A stretch of 64,000 nucleotides of DNA. Source: Pristiophorus japonicus (lineage: Eukaryota). A program made the translations under genes and the position numbers. Below are positions 1-13,104 of the stretch, in pieces. Position 1 is the first letter of the stretch; every line of letters starts with the position of its first letter. Where the stretch lies: contig NC_091999.1 of NCBI RefSeq assembly GCF_044704955.1, positions 19,530,001-19,594,000 on the forward strand. The letters are read 5' to 3'. The notes below the pieces were generated by a model. It was not told the DNA's origin and ran no database searches. It saw nothing but the letters and a program-made list of their open reading frames with translations.

Positions 1-1391
1 CCCACCATTCCCTTTGCTTTGCTCGTAGTTCCTGAGGATTTTACCCTGCTTTAATCATTTTTTCGATTAGCTTCTTTTGTTTTTCCGCCAGGTGGCGGGT
101 AAGTGACCCTTCTGGTCCCCACTCGAGTTTACTTGTTTCCATGGCCATTCCTGGGTAGGACTAGTATCGTTAGGAATCTACTCTCAGAGGTCCACTTTCT
201 TTCTAGCGCGACTTGTAGTAAACTGTCTCTTGGCTACTGTCAGGTCACAAGTTCTGCCATTACACAAACTTATACAATTCTTAAAAACGCGTTTAAGCAA
301 TTCCCGCAGTGCTCTACGTATCCTTAACGACTACCTACCACCGCTCGGCCCGTTGGTCCGACCCTGTTCACAGGTTTGGATTCCGTTAGCCGCTGCACAC
401 TGCTTGGTTCTACCCCGGGGTATATCTCCAATTACACTACTGGGTCCGGAAGGTGTCTTTCAGTATCACGATCCCACGGTCCAAGTATGTTCCCGGCACC
501 TACTTAATTCCTGGCCGTTACGTGGGACTACTGTCCTCTTAATTCAGGCTCAGGCTAGGTGTTTGAGATATTGGACGGTTCCCTCGTGTCGATCAACCAG
601 CATCCACCTTCCGCACTTTTATAATTAAAAATCGTCCATGTTTATACTCACCCGGGTTTATTTCAAGTGCGTTCAGCGACTTCGGGGAATCCTGCTGACT
701 ACGCCATTGTTAGCGTTAGTGTTTTCTCAGAAGAATCACTCAACACTCAGAGTCGGTTCCAACGCCTGGTGGCCTTTATTACGCTCAGCGGGGAGGAAAA
801 CTCAGGACCATATCCAGGTTTCTCTCCACAGAACAAAGGGTTACATGCACCTTTATATGTTTCACAACAGTTATAAAACAGTTTACTACAGCTACACAGC
901 CCATCACGGCTGGACACAAGCCAATCACAACGATTATAGATTACATATAGGTTCTTTTAACCCAATAGAATTCCCCTAGGGCCCCGGGAACCATATGTTC
1001 GGTTAATGTCAGCTTGGGCTGATCGATGACTTTATAGGTACTCTCCCTAGTTCTTTCATCTGGGAGAATTAATTGGTTTATAACCTTGTTTACAGGAGAT
1101 GGTTTCCCTCTTATCTTTCTTCCTGGGGAATTAATTGGTTTATGACCTTGTTCACAGGAGATGGTTTCCTTCTTATCTCTGTCTTCCCGCATCCCAGGCA
1201 TTCCTATAGTGGGCCTCACAGGGTTATTGCTCGGTCATTGAATGTTCAACAGTTCACAGCTTGATTACCTGATTTCCCATCATGACTGGGCAGCCATTTT
1301 ATGTGTGTGTCCACTTTAAGCTTATGTGAGTTTTAAATATCCAGCAGGTGCCTAATGCCTAGTTATATATGGGTTTCTACTCTCTACAACA
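1..1391 (-). mobile_element. 5' end of an LTR retroelement (5' LTR, tRNA-Ser primer-binding site, decayed internal region running off the window)
   Basis: 687-706 reads GAATCCTGCTGACTACGCCA, matching the 3' end of tRNA-Ser, i.e. a minus-strand PBS. It abuts a TGTT...AACA-bounded segment at 708-1391. CR1 sequence starts immediately after 1391. No long minus-strand ORF remains internally, so the family is unassigned. Confidence 0.8.
708..1391 (-). repeat. LTR (about 684 bp) with TATA box, polyA signal and U3 tandem duplication
   Basis: TGTT/AACA termini. Minus-strand TATAAA at 1031-1036 and AATAAA at 775-780. Two copies of an approximately 62-bp unit at about 1061-1188. Confidence 0.7.
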
Positions 1392-2320
1392 GGGGTATGA
1401 TTAAGAAGTTCGCAGATGAAACCAAAATAGTCTCTGTGGTTGAAAATGAAGAAAGCTGAGGACTGATGGAACATATCAATGTACTGCTCAGGTGGACAGA
1501 ACAATGCTAAATGGAATTCAATCCGGATAAGTTTGAGGTAATATATATGTGGAAGTCTAACAAACGAGGGAATAAACATTAAATGATACGACAGTGAATA
1601 GTGTCGAGGAACAATGGGCCCTTGGAGTGCAGTTCCATAAAGCCCTGAATGTAGCAGGCCAGCTCGATAAGGTGGTTAAGAAGGCATAGGAATACTTGCC
1701 TTTATTAGTCGAGGCATGGAATACAGAAGCAAGGACGTAATGTTTGACCTGTATACAACACTTGCTAGGGCGTATCTGTAGTATTGTGTGCAGTTCTGGG
1801 AACCACATTACAGAACAATTGTGATTGCACTGGAAAGGCTGAAGATATTTACAAGAATGTTGCCTGGACTGGAGAATTCTGGCTATGAGGAAAGATTGGA
1901 GATGCTAGGTCGGTTTACTTTGGAACAGAGGAGGCTGAGGGGAGACATGATTGAGGTCTCTACAGTTGTGAGGGGCGAAGAAAGAGTGACGTGGAAGGAC
2001 CTGATTCCCTTGGCGAATGGGCCAACAACCAGGCGACATAGATTTGAAGTAATTGGGGGAAGTTTGGATGTGATATGAGCGGAAATGTGTTCACCCAGGT
2101 GGTGGTGCGGGTCTGTAAATCACAGTCTGAAAGGGTGGCAGAAGTCTTCACCTCATTTAAAAAATAGTTGGATATGCACTTAAAGTGCCGTAACCTCCTG
2201 GGCTCGGGATCAATTGCTGGAAAATGGGATTAGGTTGGGTGGCTTTTGGTCTGCCGGCGCAGCCATGATGGGCTGAAATTACCTCCTACCAAGCTGTAAA
2301 TTTCTATGACTCATGACTAT
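1392..2320 (+). mobile_element. CR1 LINE 3' fragment (RT C-terminus and tail)
   Basis: KFADET, YCVQFWEPHY and LEQRRLRGDMIEV motifs; ends in a CTATGA-type tail. Confidence 0.9.
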
Positions 2321-2357
2321 AACATACTCCTCATTAACCTATGTTTCTACATAATAG

Positions 2358-2640
2358 ATGTGCAGTTCGTGTAAAATTACCCAGGAGTGTGTGTCGTGTT
2401 GCAAGAGCGCAAATCGAATTTGGTGTAAAAATAACACGGGGAATGTGATAAAAACAGACGCGAGGTCTAATGTAAAAATAAAGGAACTGGAGTGGACTGA
2501 AAGCTGAAAGTTACCGCGAGCCTTAAAAATCCTCCAGACACCTTTTCCAGATTACATATGACAGATGCCGGGACAGAATTATTGCACGGATGTAGGGATG
2601 GAAATTATTCCCTGGGATTTAAGTGTAACCGCAACAAAGG
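2358..2640 (+). pseudogene. Possible decayed Ig-superfamily domain exon, BTLA-like
   Basis: Pieces across frameshifts and one stop: CAVRVKLPRS / CVSCCKSANRIWCKNNTG...LEWTES* / ALKILQ / TFSRLHMTDAGT / NYC...LSVT. Preceded by AG at 2356-2357. Resemblance judged by eye only. Confidence 0.35.
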
Positions 2641-2929
2641 GTGGTTCATGTGCCACAATAGACGGTTAATTACATTCTTCAGAAGTGAAATAAGCTCTAC
2701 TGGGACAACATGCTACTTTTTTCCCCTACTATTTTCAAGCTGGAGCCAGGACATTATGGCTTAAACTTAATAAATGACAGGTAGGCCCCAGCTGTGTTCA
2801 ATTTTGAACATTTATTTATGGTGCCCAGAAATAATGAGGAAAAGACAAATAAAGACAGAAAGCGACTTAATACGAGGAGACATGAGATGGTGAGAGATAA
2901 ACGCTGAAAAGTAGAATAACAGAATGACC

Positions 2930-4366
2930 ATAAAATATAACAAATAGGAACAGTAGTAGGCCATTTGGCTCCTCCTGCTCCAGCATTCAATAAGGCCATG
3001 GCTGATCTGAACATGGACTCAGCTCCAATTCCCTACTCACTCCCCATAACCCATTATTCCCTCATGACTTAAAAATCTGTCTATCTGCGCCATTAAATTT
3101 ACTCAATGATCCAGCCTCCACATTTCTCTGGGGCAGAGAATTCCACAGATTTAAAACCCGCTGAGAAAAGCTATTCCTCTTCAACACAGATATCATGAGA
3201 TTGTGGCCTTCGTTCTAATTTTGCCTATGACTGGAAATATCCTCGCTGCATTCACCTTGTGGAGACCCTCATTACCTTATATATTTCGATAAGATCATCT
3301 CTCATTCCTCTGAGCTCCAACAAGCACAGGCCTAGCCTACGCCACCTATCTTCAGAAGTCAACCCCCTGATCTCTGGAATCAACCAAGTGAATCTACTCT
3401 GAACTGCCTCCAATGCAAGTATATCCTTTCTTTAAAAAAGAGGCCAAAACTCTACGCAGTACTCCAGGTGTGGCCTCACCAATAACTTGTTCAATTGTAG
3501 CAGGACTTCTGTGCTTTTATACTCCGTCCCCCTTGCAATCAAGGCCAACATTCCATTTGCCTTCCTGATTACTTGCCTTACCCGCATGCTAACTTTTTAT
3601 GTCTCATGCAGACAACACCCAGGTCCCACTGTACTCAGCACTTTTTCTGCATTTAAAAAATAGTTTGCTTTTCTATTTTTTTTGCCAAAATGGATAACCT
3701 CATATTTTACCACTTTATACTCTATCTGCCAACATTTTTCCCACTCACTTAGCCTGTCTATATATTTTTGCAGATTTGTTGCGTCTTCCTCACAATTTCC
3801 TTTCCCACCCATAGTAGTTTCATCAGAAAACTTGGCTGCTTTACACTCGGTCCCGTCATCCAATTCATTAATGTACTTTGTAAATCGTTTAACTGCAGCA
3901 CCAAGCCCTGCGGCATCCCGCTAGTTAATGTTTGCCAAACGAAAAAATGACATATTTATCCTGACGCGATTTTCTGTTAGTTAGCCAATCATCTCGCCAT
4001 GCTAATATATTAGCACCAACTACATGAACATTTATCTTGTGCAGTAAGATTTTACGTGGCATCTTATCGATTGCCTTCTGGAAACCCAAATATACCACAT
4101 CCACTGGTTGCCCTTTATCGACCCTACACGTTACATCCTCAAAGAATTCCGGAAAATTTATCAAATATGATTCCTATTTCATAAAAGCATGTTGTCTTTG
4201 CTGAATTGAACTATGCTTTACAAATATCCTCCTACTGCTTCCTTATTAATGGATGCCAGCATTTTCCCAACAACAGATGTTAGATGAACTGGTCTGTAGA
4301 TTCCTGCTTTTTGTCTGCCACCTTTTTTTAAACATGCCCGTTACATCTGCTGTTTTCCAATCCGCC
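2930..4366 (-). mobile_element. CR1 LINE fragment with internal deletions
   Basis: FFEDVT...VDVVYLGFQKAIDKMP, KFSDETTMGG and a CR1 3' UTR. Confidence 0.9.
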
Positions 4367-4369
4367 GGG

Positions 4370-7045
4370 TATAGTGCAGTAATATACGAGCCAGGGTCTA
4401 GTGTAACATTAGCAGGGACAGTGTCTAGTGTAACATAAACAGAGACAGGGTCTAGTGAAATACAATAGAGACCGGATTTGGTGTAATATAAAAAGAGACG
4501 GGTTCAGCTGCAATAATTCTAGTGACTGGATCGCGTGTAATATAAACAAAGACGTGGCTTATTTAGCAGTAACTGAGACAATGTCTAGTGCAATATAAAC
4601 ACATACATGGTCTAGAGTAATAAAAAATAAATAAATTCTTGTGCAATTTGAACAGAATGCATTAATGACTGAGGCAGCATCTAATGTAATATAAAAAGAG
4701 TCACGGCCTAGTTCAATATAAATAGAGCCTGGATCTAGTATAATATAAACAGAGACTGGGGCTAGTGTAGTAATAACTGATACATGGTTTTGTGTATTAT
4801 GAACCGAGACATGGCCGATGATAATATAAACATAGATTGTATCTAGTGTATTATAAATAGTGACAAGATCTAGTGTAATATAAACAGATATAAGGTCAAA
4901 TGCAGTAATAACTGATGAAGAGGCTAGCGTGGTAATAACTGAAACGCGGTCGATTACAGTAATAACTGAGAGCCGATCTACTGTGATATCATAGAACCAT
5001 GGAAACTTACATCATAAATGATGTCATTTGGCCTATCGCGCCTGTACTGTCACTTTATAAGAACAGGTGCACATAGTCCCATGGTGCCGAATTTTGTCCC
5101 TAACCCTGTGAATTCCACATCCCCAATTCACTTTTAAATTATTTATGGAATCATCTTCCATGATCACTTCTCTTTGAGCATTCCAGATCCCTACAACACT
5201 CTGCGTGAAACCACCAAAATATTATTTTCCCCTCTGGAACTTTTGCAAATGCTTTTAAATCTATGCCCTCTGCTTATTCATCCACTCGCTAGAAGGAACT
5301 GCTCTTCCGTAGCTACTCTATTAATCCCTCTCTTCATCTTGAAGACTTCTTTTAGGTCACTTCTTAAACTTCATTGTTCTAAGGAGAACAGTTCTAACTT
5401 TCGTAACCTCTTCTCAACTGAAGTCCCTCAGCCCAGGTAACAATCTGTTAAACCTCATCTGTAGACCTTTCTAATGCTCTTATATTTTATGGAAATGTGG
5501 TTCCTACGATTGTCCATAATATTCCAGCTGAAGCTTAAGGCCTAATCTAAGTAGATATATCGTTCAATGCAGTACTTTGTGAGACAGTGTCGAGTGTATT
5601 TTAGGCAGAGATAGGGTCCTATAATATAAACAGAGTTAGACAATATAAGCAGTGACAGGGTCTTGTGTAATATAAACAGAGACAGGCTCTAGTGCAATAT
5701 AAAGAGACAGTTCCTCGTGTAATAAAACTAGATATAGGGTCTAGTGTAATATAAACAGAGAGCAAATAGTGTAATATAAATGGGGACAAGGTCTAATACA
5801 GTAATAACTGAGAGAGGGCTAATCGTAATATAAACAAGTCTGTGGCAGTAATATTTCAGACAGGCCCTAGTTTAATACAGGCTAATTCATGCTCTAATGC
5901 ATTAACGAATGACTCAGGGTCTAGTGTAATATATACAGAGAAGGGTATAATTTATTATAACACGGGGTCTACTGCTGTAATCACTAAGGCAGCATTGTAG
6001 ATATTTTGCCAGTACTTATGAATCTATGATCTCGGGTTATGGAACCACTTTTCTATACCAACTCTCGCAAGTCCTCTCATCATCCTGAAGAGCTTTATTA
6101 GGTATTTTATTCAACTTCACTGTTCAAAGGAGAACACTTTTAACTTTACTTACCTCTTCTCATAACTGAACTCACTCATCACCGGTAACAAACTGTTAAA
6201 CCTCGACTTCACCACTTCTAATGCATTTGCTTTTTTTTTATATCTGGTGCCCAGAAATGTCCATATTACTCTAGCCGAGGACTCAGGCCTAATACAAATG
6301 GAGACACGGTCCATTGCAGTAATAACTGAGACGGAGCCGAAGGTAATATATACAGAGAAAGATTCCAGGGCAGTAATATTTCAGACAGGACCCAGGTTAA
6401 TACAGAGAGAAAAATATTCTAGTGCAGTAATAATGAAGACAGGGTTGAGTTTGCTTTAAACAGAAACAGGCTCTAGTGCAATATAAAAAAAGACAGTGTC
6501 TAAAGTAATATAAACCGATACTTGTTCGAGTGTAATATAAAAAGAGACAGGGTCTTGTGTAATATAAATGATGACAGGATCTTGCGTAATATAAATAGAG
6601 ACAGGGTCTTGTATAATATAAACAAAGACATGGTCTTGTGTAATATAAACAGAGACATGATCTAGTGTAATATTAACAGAGACAGGGTCTAGTGTAATAT
6701 AAATAGAGACAGGGTCTAGTGTAATATAAACAGAGACATGGTCTTGTGTAATATAAACAGAGACAAGGTCTTGTGTAATATAAACAGAGACAGGGTCTTG
6801 TATAATATAAACAAAGACATGGTCTTGTGTAATATAAACAGAGACATGGTCTAGTGTAATATAAACAGAGACAGGGTCTAGTGTAATATAAATAGAGAAA
6901 AGCGTTGTACAATATAAAGAGAGACAGTGTCGAGTATAATACAAACAGACACAGGGCCTAGTGTAATAAAAAAAGAGACAGGGTCTAGTGCAATGTAAAC
7001 AGAGACTAATGTAATATAACGAGAAACAGGGATTGGTGCAGTAAT
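4370..7045 (+). repeat. 27-bp satellite array (consensus CTAGTGTAATATAAACAGAGACAGGGT), interrupted by old CR1 pieces at about 4990-5540 and 6000-6280
   Basis: Clear 27-nt periodicity, most homogeneous at about 6460-7040. It generates the YITLDPVSV and YYTRPCLCL repeat ORFs. Confidence 0.95.
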
Positions 7046-7449
7046 ACATTGCACAATTCTGTCCGATGTTACTGTAAGTCCTACCATTTGAAAAAGTTTC
7101 TAACTAGCTACCCGATTAAAACCCGTCATAATTTTGAAAACCTCGATTCCATTCTCCGGTCTAATGGTAATAAACCCCGCTTCCAGCTGCTCTGCTAATG
7201 CACCTCTCGCAGTTTAAAACACAAGTTCCGTGAGTCCTCTTGCTTCGGGCACTTCCAGATGTGGAGTCGCTGAAACATCTATATGGAACTCCGCTGTCAC
7301 AACAGTGTGGAAATATTATCGCAGGTAAGATAAGATAATTAGCCCAGGGAACTAAACTGACCGTGTAAGAGTTGGTGCAGGCACTGAATTTTAGACACAC
7401 TGAGCTAAATGGAAACATTTTAAAAATCAATCTGTGATATGTTAAAGCA

Positions 7450-8030
7450 CCGGCACAATGGGTTCGCTCTTGCCTCTGAGTCAGAAGGCTTTTTTATACA
7501 AATTGCTCTCCAGAGTCTTGAACACATAATCTAGGCTAACACTGTCGGTAGCAGAACTGAGGAGTGCTGTACTGTCGCTGGTAAAGTCTTTTGGATGAGA
7601 CGTTAAATCAAGGCTCTGTCTTCCCAAATAATAAATAAAAATACTGTGGGTGCAGTTCCGACAAATGGTCATAGACGCGAAACATTAACTCTGTTTCTCT
7701 CCTCAGATGCTACTGGAACTGCTGAGAATGCTAGCATTTACTGTTTTATTGCTGTCTTCCTCCTCAGTTGCATGTACTAGATTGAACGGCACTAATTAAC
7801 ATGGCAGTGGCTTTCACGCTGGTGTCGATGACAATTTTTTATCAATCAACCAACATTGCTAAAAAACAGATTCTCTGTTCGTGATAACATTGCTGTTTGT
7901 GGGATGTTGCTGTTCACCATTTGTGTGCCATGCATCCTACATTAAAAGTAGAGACAGTATTTCAAACGTACTCCATTGGCTGTGAAACGCTTTGGGACAT
8001 GCCGAGGTCGTGAAAGGTGCTGTAAAAATA
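7450..8030 (+). mobile_element. DeuSINE-type SINE (SacSINE1-like) with an inserted fragment at about 7630-7750
   Basis: Head CTCTTGCCTCTGAGTCAGAAGG, central TTGCTGTTTGTGGGA and tail CATTGGCTGTGAAACGCTTTGGGACAT...GAGGTCGTGAAAGGTGCT resemble the DeuSINE family as recalled. Confidence 0.65.
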
Positions 8031-8819
8031 GAGGTTAGTCTAAATGCCAATAATTGTAAATACAAGTTGCGATATGACACTACTCTGGGCATTGTTTTAA
8101 CTTGTTGATTTCAAATGGCTTGAATCTTCCACTAAATCCAGTGAAATATTAGTCTGGTGAGAGAAGTTCCATTGATCTTGGCAGCAGAATTTACAGAACT
8201 GAAAATTGAATTTTAATATTTTCACTTTGATATAAATAATTTCAATTCTCTTTGAAGAAAACAGAAACCGATATCACTGATCGAGATATTTCTATATTTT
8301 TGTACCAGCTTTCAATATTATTAAATAAACCTTTGTTGTGAGTTGAAACTAATCAGTTCGTGACCCTGTTGATCTGATTTTGCTGCGATGAACACTTCAT
8401 GGAAAACAATGAGACAGTTATGTAAATAAACACAGAAGTAGAAGTCCCAGATTGGAATCTTGAGCGACAGAAACACAATAAGTGTCTCCCCACCAACACA
8501 GAATAGAAATAAACAGAGATAAGTGCAAATGTTTCAACGTTTTTCGCAACAATTGATTTTGGGGATATTTCTCTCAGTTGTCGGAGAAAAGGGTACTATG
8601 TTCAGAATGGAGAAAGATGCTGTTCACCATATATAGTGACAGCTCAAATGTGTTTGTGGCGAGTCCCTGTATCCCCTCCCTCTCTGCCTCTCTCTCCTAT
8701 TCCCAAGTTCTGTCTTGCCTCTAAAGAATGTGTCATTACCTTTATCTCACAAAATAAAGTCAATGCCTAACAAATGTTTTCCCTCTGCATCATTTCTAGA
8801 CCTCGAACAAAATTGGTGG

Positions 8820-9290
8820 GAGTGCGGAGAGGGAGTTTTACTATAAAATGTGTCCTGTGAATTCAATGATCTGAGAGTGTTTGACGTGACAGTGAAGAGG
8901 GAGCACTATTCTTTATAAAATATATGCTGCAGCTGCCTTGGCAGTGTTGGATGATAAATTATGGGAAGACATTTACTCTGTATCTAACCCGTGCTGTACA
9001 TGTGTTAGGAGTGTTTGATGGAACAGTGGATAAGGATCTTTACTTAGTATCTAACCCCGTGCTGTACCTAACCTGGGAGTGTTTGATGGGACAGTGTAGA
9101 GGGAGCTTTACTCTCTATCTTACCCGTGCTGTACGTTCCTGGGAGTGTTTGATGTGACAGTGTAGAGGGATCGTACTCTTTATGTATTCCGTGCTGTACC
9201 TAGCCTGCGAGTGCTTGATGGGACAGTGGGGAGGGAGCATTACTCTTTATCTATTCCGTGCTGTACCTGGCTTGTGAATGTTTGTTGGGC
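8820..9290 (+). repeat. Approximately 66-bp tandem repeat (GGGAGTGTTTGATGGGACAGTGTAGAGGGAGCTTTACTCTGTATCTAACCCGTGCTGTACC...)
   Basis: About 6-7 degenerate copies. The same family appears in reverse orientation at 28905-29145. Confidence 0.85.
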
Positions 9291-9394
9291 CAGTTTCAGA
9301 ACTGGCTCCACAATCTCCTGTTTCTTGACTATAACCTTCAATGTTTCCTCTGCACCCTCTCCTAGCATTTTTTGGACATATACTAGCTCACAGC

Positions 9395-9520
9395 ATCCCA
9401 GTTCTGATGAAGGATCAGCGACACCTGAAGCGTTAACTCTGTTTCTTTCTCAGGAGATGCTGCCTGACCTGTTGAGTTGTTCCAGCATTTTCTGTTTTTA
9501 TTTCGTATTCCAGCATCCGT
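9395..9520 (+). mobile_element. Terminal fragment of an interspersed repeat, possibly Penelope-like
   Basis: TTCTGATGAAGG...CGTTAACTCTGTTTCT...GATGCTGCCTGACCTG...CCAGCATTTTCTGTTTTTATT. A related copy lies at about 7670-7750. The family assignment is from recall. Confidence 0.45.
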
Positions 9521-10817
9521 GATATTTTGCTTGAATATTGGGCATGTCAGATACTTGCGTAGAACATGATATCCACCTATTTTATATACACATACCACCC
9601 GGACGTCCAATTACATAGCTTTAATGAAAATAAATTCGATAAACAGGATAATGTGATAAATAATTTGCTCATTCCCTTTATGCTGAAGTAAAAGGCGCAT
9701 CACGACGTTTAATGTGTAAAAGTTCTGAATATGATGTTATCCAAAGACCCTGCCAATATGTGCTCCAAAATATTGGAAGAGGTTGGAGAGGAAAAGTGTG
9801 GATTTTGGTCAAGAAACCGGAGATTGTGGAAATAGAAATAGTGCAAAGTTCTCTAGAGAGTTCCAATCTTTCATTGCTTTCCAAACGGAGGTACAATAAG
9901 TCAGAGAATTATACATTTATTAACCTCACATCACGTATAGGTACAGTTTCATCATTATCATCACTTACAGCAATGATCCACACTGGAGGTAAATATCATG
10001 AGCTTCTGTGTGATGGTGTGTGATCCCTGGACAATAAAGCACAGAGACTTTTGGGTGGCTGCTCATTATCATGATTGTGATTTAATTCCCTTTCCCACTG
10101 AATACTGCGGACAGATATGGCCAACTTGGTAAAGGAATGGTCAGTGTGACATCACTTTCTATACAAGAGCATAAGACAATGGATTATCAATAAATGTTAA
10201 GGGCATTGAACGGTATACAAATTCCATTTTGAATGAAAGGAAAAAAATGTTGAGAAATAATTGGTGAAAATAATCATTTATCTCTGTGAAATGCAGTACG
10301 AAACATTAAGAATGACGTGTTTCATATACACACACACAAACACACACACACAAATACACACACATGTTATATATAATTATAGCAAATACAAGGTGTGGGC
10401 ATTTTCAGTAACTTTTCTTAACCAGCTGGACATTAGTGTACTTGTTAGATAATACGATTCCCTGCCAGCCAATCCAGGCTCTGTCTAACGTAACAAATGC
10501 AAACTGCAAAATATTGCCAGAAAAAAACCTTAACTTTAAAAAACTGCGAGCAATTGGCATGGTGTAAAACAACTGAAAATTAGTAATAAGTAGTGCAAAG
10601 TGCAGTGTGTTTTTTCATGTTTAGACCTGTCCTTCAATCCCAGTCCATCTCTGGGATATTGTTGCAGGATTCAGCCCATCCTGTCAACACACATTTTACA
10701 GAAATAATACCAGGTCATTTAGTAATTGATTGCCTGCAGATGCTGAAATTTATTAAATAAACGAATGGTTTGCTTTCAAACAAAATGATTTCATCCTCTC
10801 AGGCAGATAAATATTTA

Positions 10818-10996
10818 CATCCATCCATCCATCTACACAACAATCCTTCCGTCCATCCATCCGTCCGTCCATCCATCCATCTATCCTTCCGTCAATCCGT
10901 CCGTCCATGCATCCATCCATCTATCCTTCCGTCCATCCGTCCGTCCGTCGTTCCATCCGTCCGTCAGTCCGTGCAACCATCCGTCCATACGTCCAT
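10818..10996 (+). repeat. (CCAT/CCGT)n microsatellite
   Basis: Direct inspection. Confidence 0.95.
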
Positions 10997-11019
10997 ATGT
11001 ACATCTAACCAATAGAAAT

Positions 11020-11335
11020 CGTTACTAGTCCAGTAATAACTGAGACAGAGCCTAGTTTAATGTAAGCAGATCGAGGGTCCAATGTAATATAACATTGTCT
11101 AGTGCTATAATAACTAACACAAGTGCATTATTTGAAAGATAAAATACCTAATGTAATAAAAACGGTAGACAGAGTCCAGTGTAGTAATAACGGCGACAGG
11201 ATCCAGAGAATATAAAGGGAGACAGGCTCTGGTATAATATAAACAGAGATAGGGTTTGGTGCAGTAATAACTGTGCCAAGGTCTAGTGTAATATTAGCAC
11301 AGACAGGATACAATGGAATACAATAATTGAAAGGG
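11020..11335 (+). repeat. 27-bp satellite, degenerate
   Basis: Same unit as 4370-7045. Confidence 0.85.
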
Positions 11336-11337
11336 TA

Positions 11338-13103
11338 CATCATAGGCAGTCCCTCCGGATCGAGGAAGACTTGCTTCCACTCTTAGCATGAGTTCTTAGG
11401 TGGCTGCACAGTACAATGCGTGAACCACAGTTCCTGTCACAGGTGGGACAGATCGTCATTGAGGGAAAGTGTAGACAGGGGGCCTGGTTTGCCCAAGCTC
11501 CATCCGTTGCCTGCACTTGATTTCTGCATGCTCTCGGTGACAATACTCGAGGATCTCAGCACCTCCAAATGCACTTCCTCTACTTAGGGCGGTCTATGGC
11601 CAAGGACTCCCAGGTGTCAGTGGGGATGTCGCACTTTATCAGGGAAGCTTTGTGGGAGACCTTGTAACGTTTCCTCTGCCCGCCTTTGGCTTGTTTGCCG
11701 TGGACGAGTTCTGAATAGAGTGCTTGCTTTGGGAGTCTCGAGTCTGGCATGCGAAACATGTGGTCTGCCCAGCGGAGTTGATCAAGTGTGGTCAATGCTT
11801 CAATGCTGGGGATGATGGCCTGGATGAGGACGCTAATGTTTCTGCGTCTGTCCTCCCAAAGGATTTGCAGGATCTTGCGGAGACATTGCTGGTGGTATTT
11901 CTCCAGCAACTTGTGGTGTCTACTGTACATGGTCTAAGTCTCTGAGCCATACAGAAGGGCAGGCATTACTACGGCCCTGTAGACCATGAGCTTGGTGACA
12001 ATTCTGGAGGACTGATCTTCAAACACCCTTTTCCTCAGGCGGCCGAAGGTTGCACTGGCGCGCTGGAGGCAGGGCTGGATCTCATCAACAATGCCTGCTC
12101 TTGTTGACAGGAGGCTCCCTAGATAGGGGAAGTGGGCCACATTGTCCAGGGCCACGCCGTGGATCTTGATGCATGGAGGGCAGTGCTGTGCGGCGAGGAC
12201 AGGCTGGTGTAGCACCTTTGTCTTACTAATGTTTAGCGTAAGGCCCCTATGCCTCGGTAAGTACGCCGACTAGGTCCTGGAGTTCAGCCTTTGTGTGTGC
12301 ACAGACGCAGGCGTCGTCCGCGAACTGCAGCTCGACGACAGAGGTTGGAGTGGTCTTGGACCTGGCCTGGAGACGGCGAAGGTTGAACAGCTTCCCACTG
12401 GTTGTGTGGTGTAGCTCCACTCCAGCGGGGAGCTTATCAACTGTGAGGTGGAGCATGGCAGCGAGGAAGATTGGGAAGAGGGTTGGGGTCATGATGCAGC
12501 CCTGCTTGACCCCGGTCCGTACATGAATTGGGTCTGTGATGGATCCGGTGGTAACTATCACGTCTTGCCTGTCGTCATGGAGCAGGCGGAGTATGGTGAT
12601 TTACTTTTGGGGGCATCTGAAATGGAGGAGAATGATCCATAGACCCTCGCGGTTGACAGCGTCAAAGTCCTTTGTAAGGTTGAAGAAGGCCATGTATAAG
12701 GGCTGGCGTTGTTCCCTGCATTTTTCCTGCAGCTGTCGCACTGTAAAAATCATGTCCTTGTGCCCCGGTGGGGACGAAATGTGCCCTGCGACTCTGGGAT
12801 GAGCGCCTCGGCCTCGGGGAGATGATTGACGAGGAGTCGTGCAATTACTTTCCTAGTGGTTGATAGCAGGGAGATTACTCTGTCGTTGCCGCAATCGCAC
12901 ATGTCCCCGTTTTTAAAGATGGTAATGAGCACTGCATCTGTAAGATCTCCTGGCATGTTCTGCTCCCTCCAGAGCAGAGAGATGAGGTTGTATATTCGCG
13001 CCAGTAATGCCTCGCCGCCATACTTCAGTGCCTCAGCAAGGATTCCTTCCGCTCCTGTAGCCTTGTTGTTTTTTCGCTATCTTTTGGCCTTTTCTACCTC
13101 ATA
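11338..13103 (-). mobile_element. RTE-clade LINE, 5'-truncated, inserted in the 27-bp satellite
   Basis: CDCGNDRVISLLS, PESQGTFRPHRGT, GVKQGC, ELQFADD, ALLYGSET, QLRWADHMFRMPDSRLPKQALYSEL and a C-terminal CPTC...HLRTH. Multiple frameshifts. Confidence 0.92.
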
Positions 13104-13104
13104 C

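Noticed and set aside
687-706. tRNA-Ser gene
   Set aside because: Only the 3'-terminal 20 nt including CCA are present, next to an LTR end. This is a primer-binding site.
6456-7049. 197-aa and 79-aa repetitive ORFs (YITLDPVSV, YYTRPCLCL)
   Set aside because: Translation artefacts of the 27-bp satellite, whose period is divisible by 3.
9540-10200. Non-repetitive stretch with 72-aa and 103-aa ORFs
   Set aside because: No recognisable motif or convincing splice structure; left unannotated pending a homology search.
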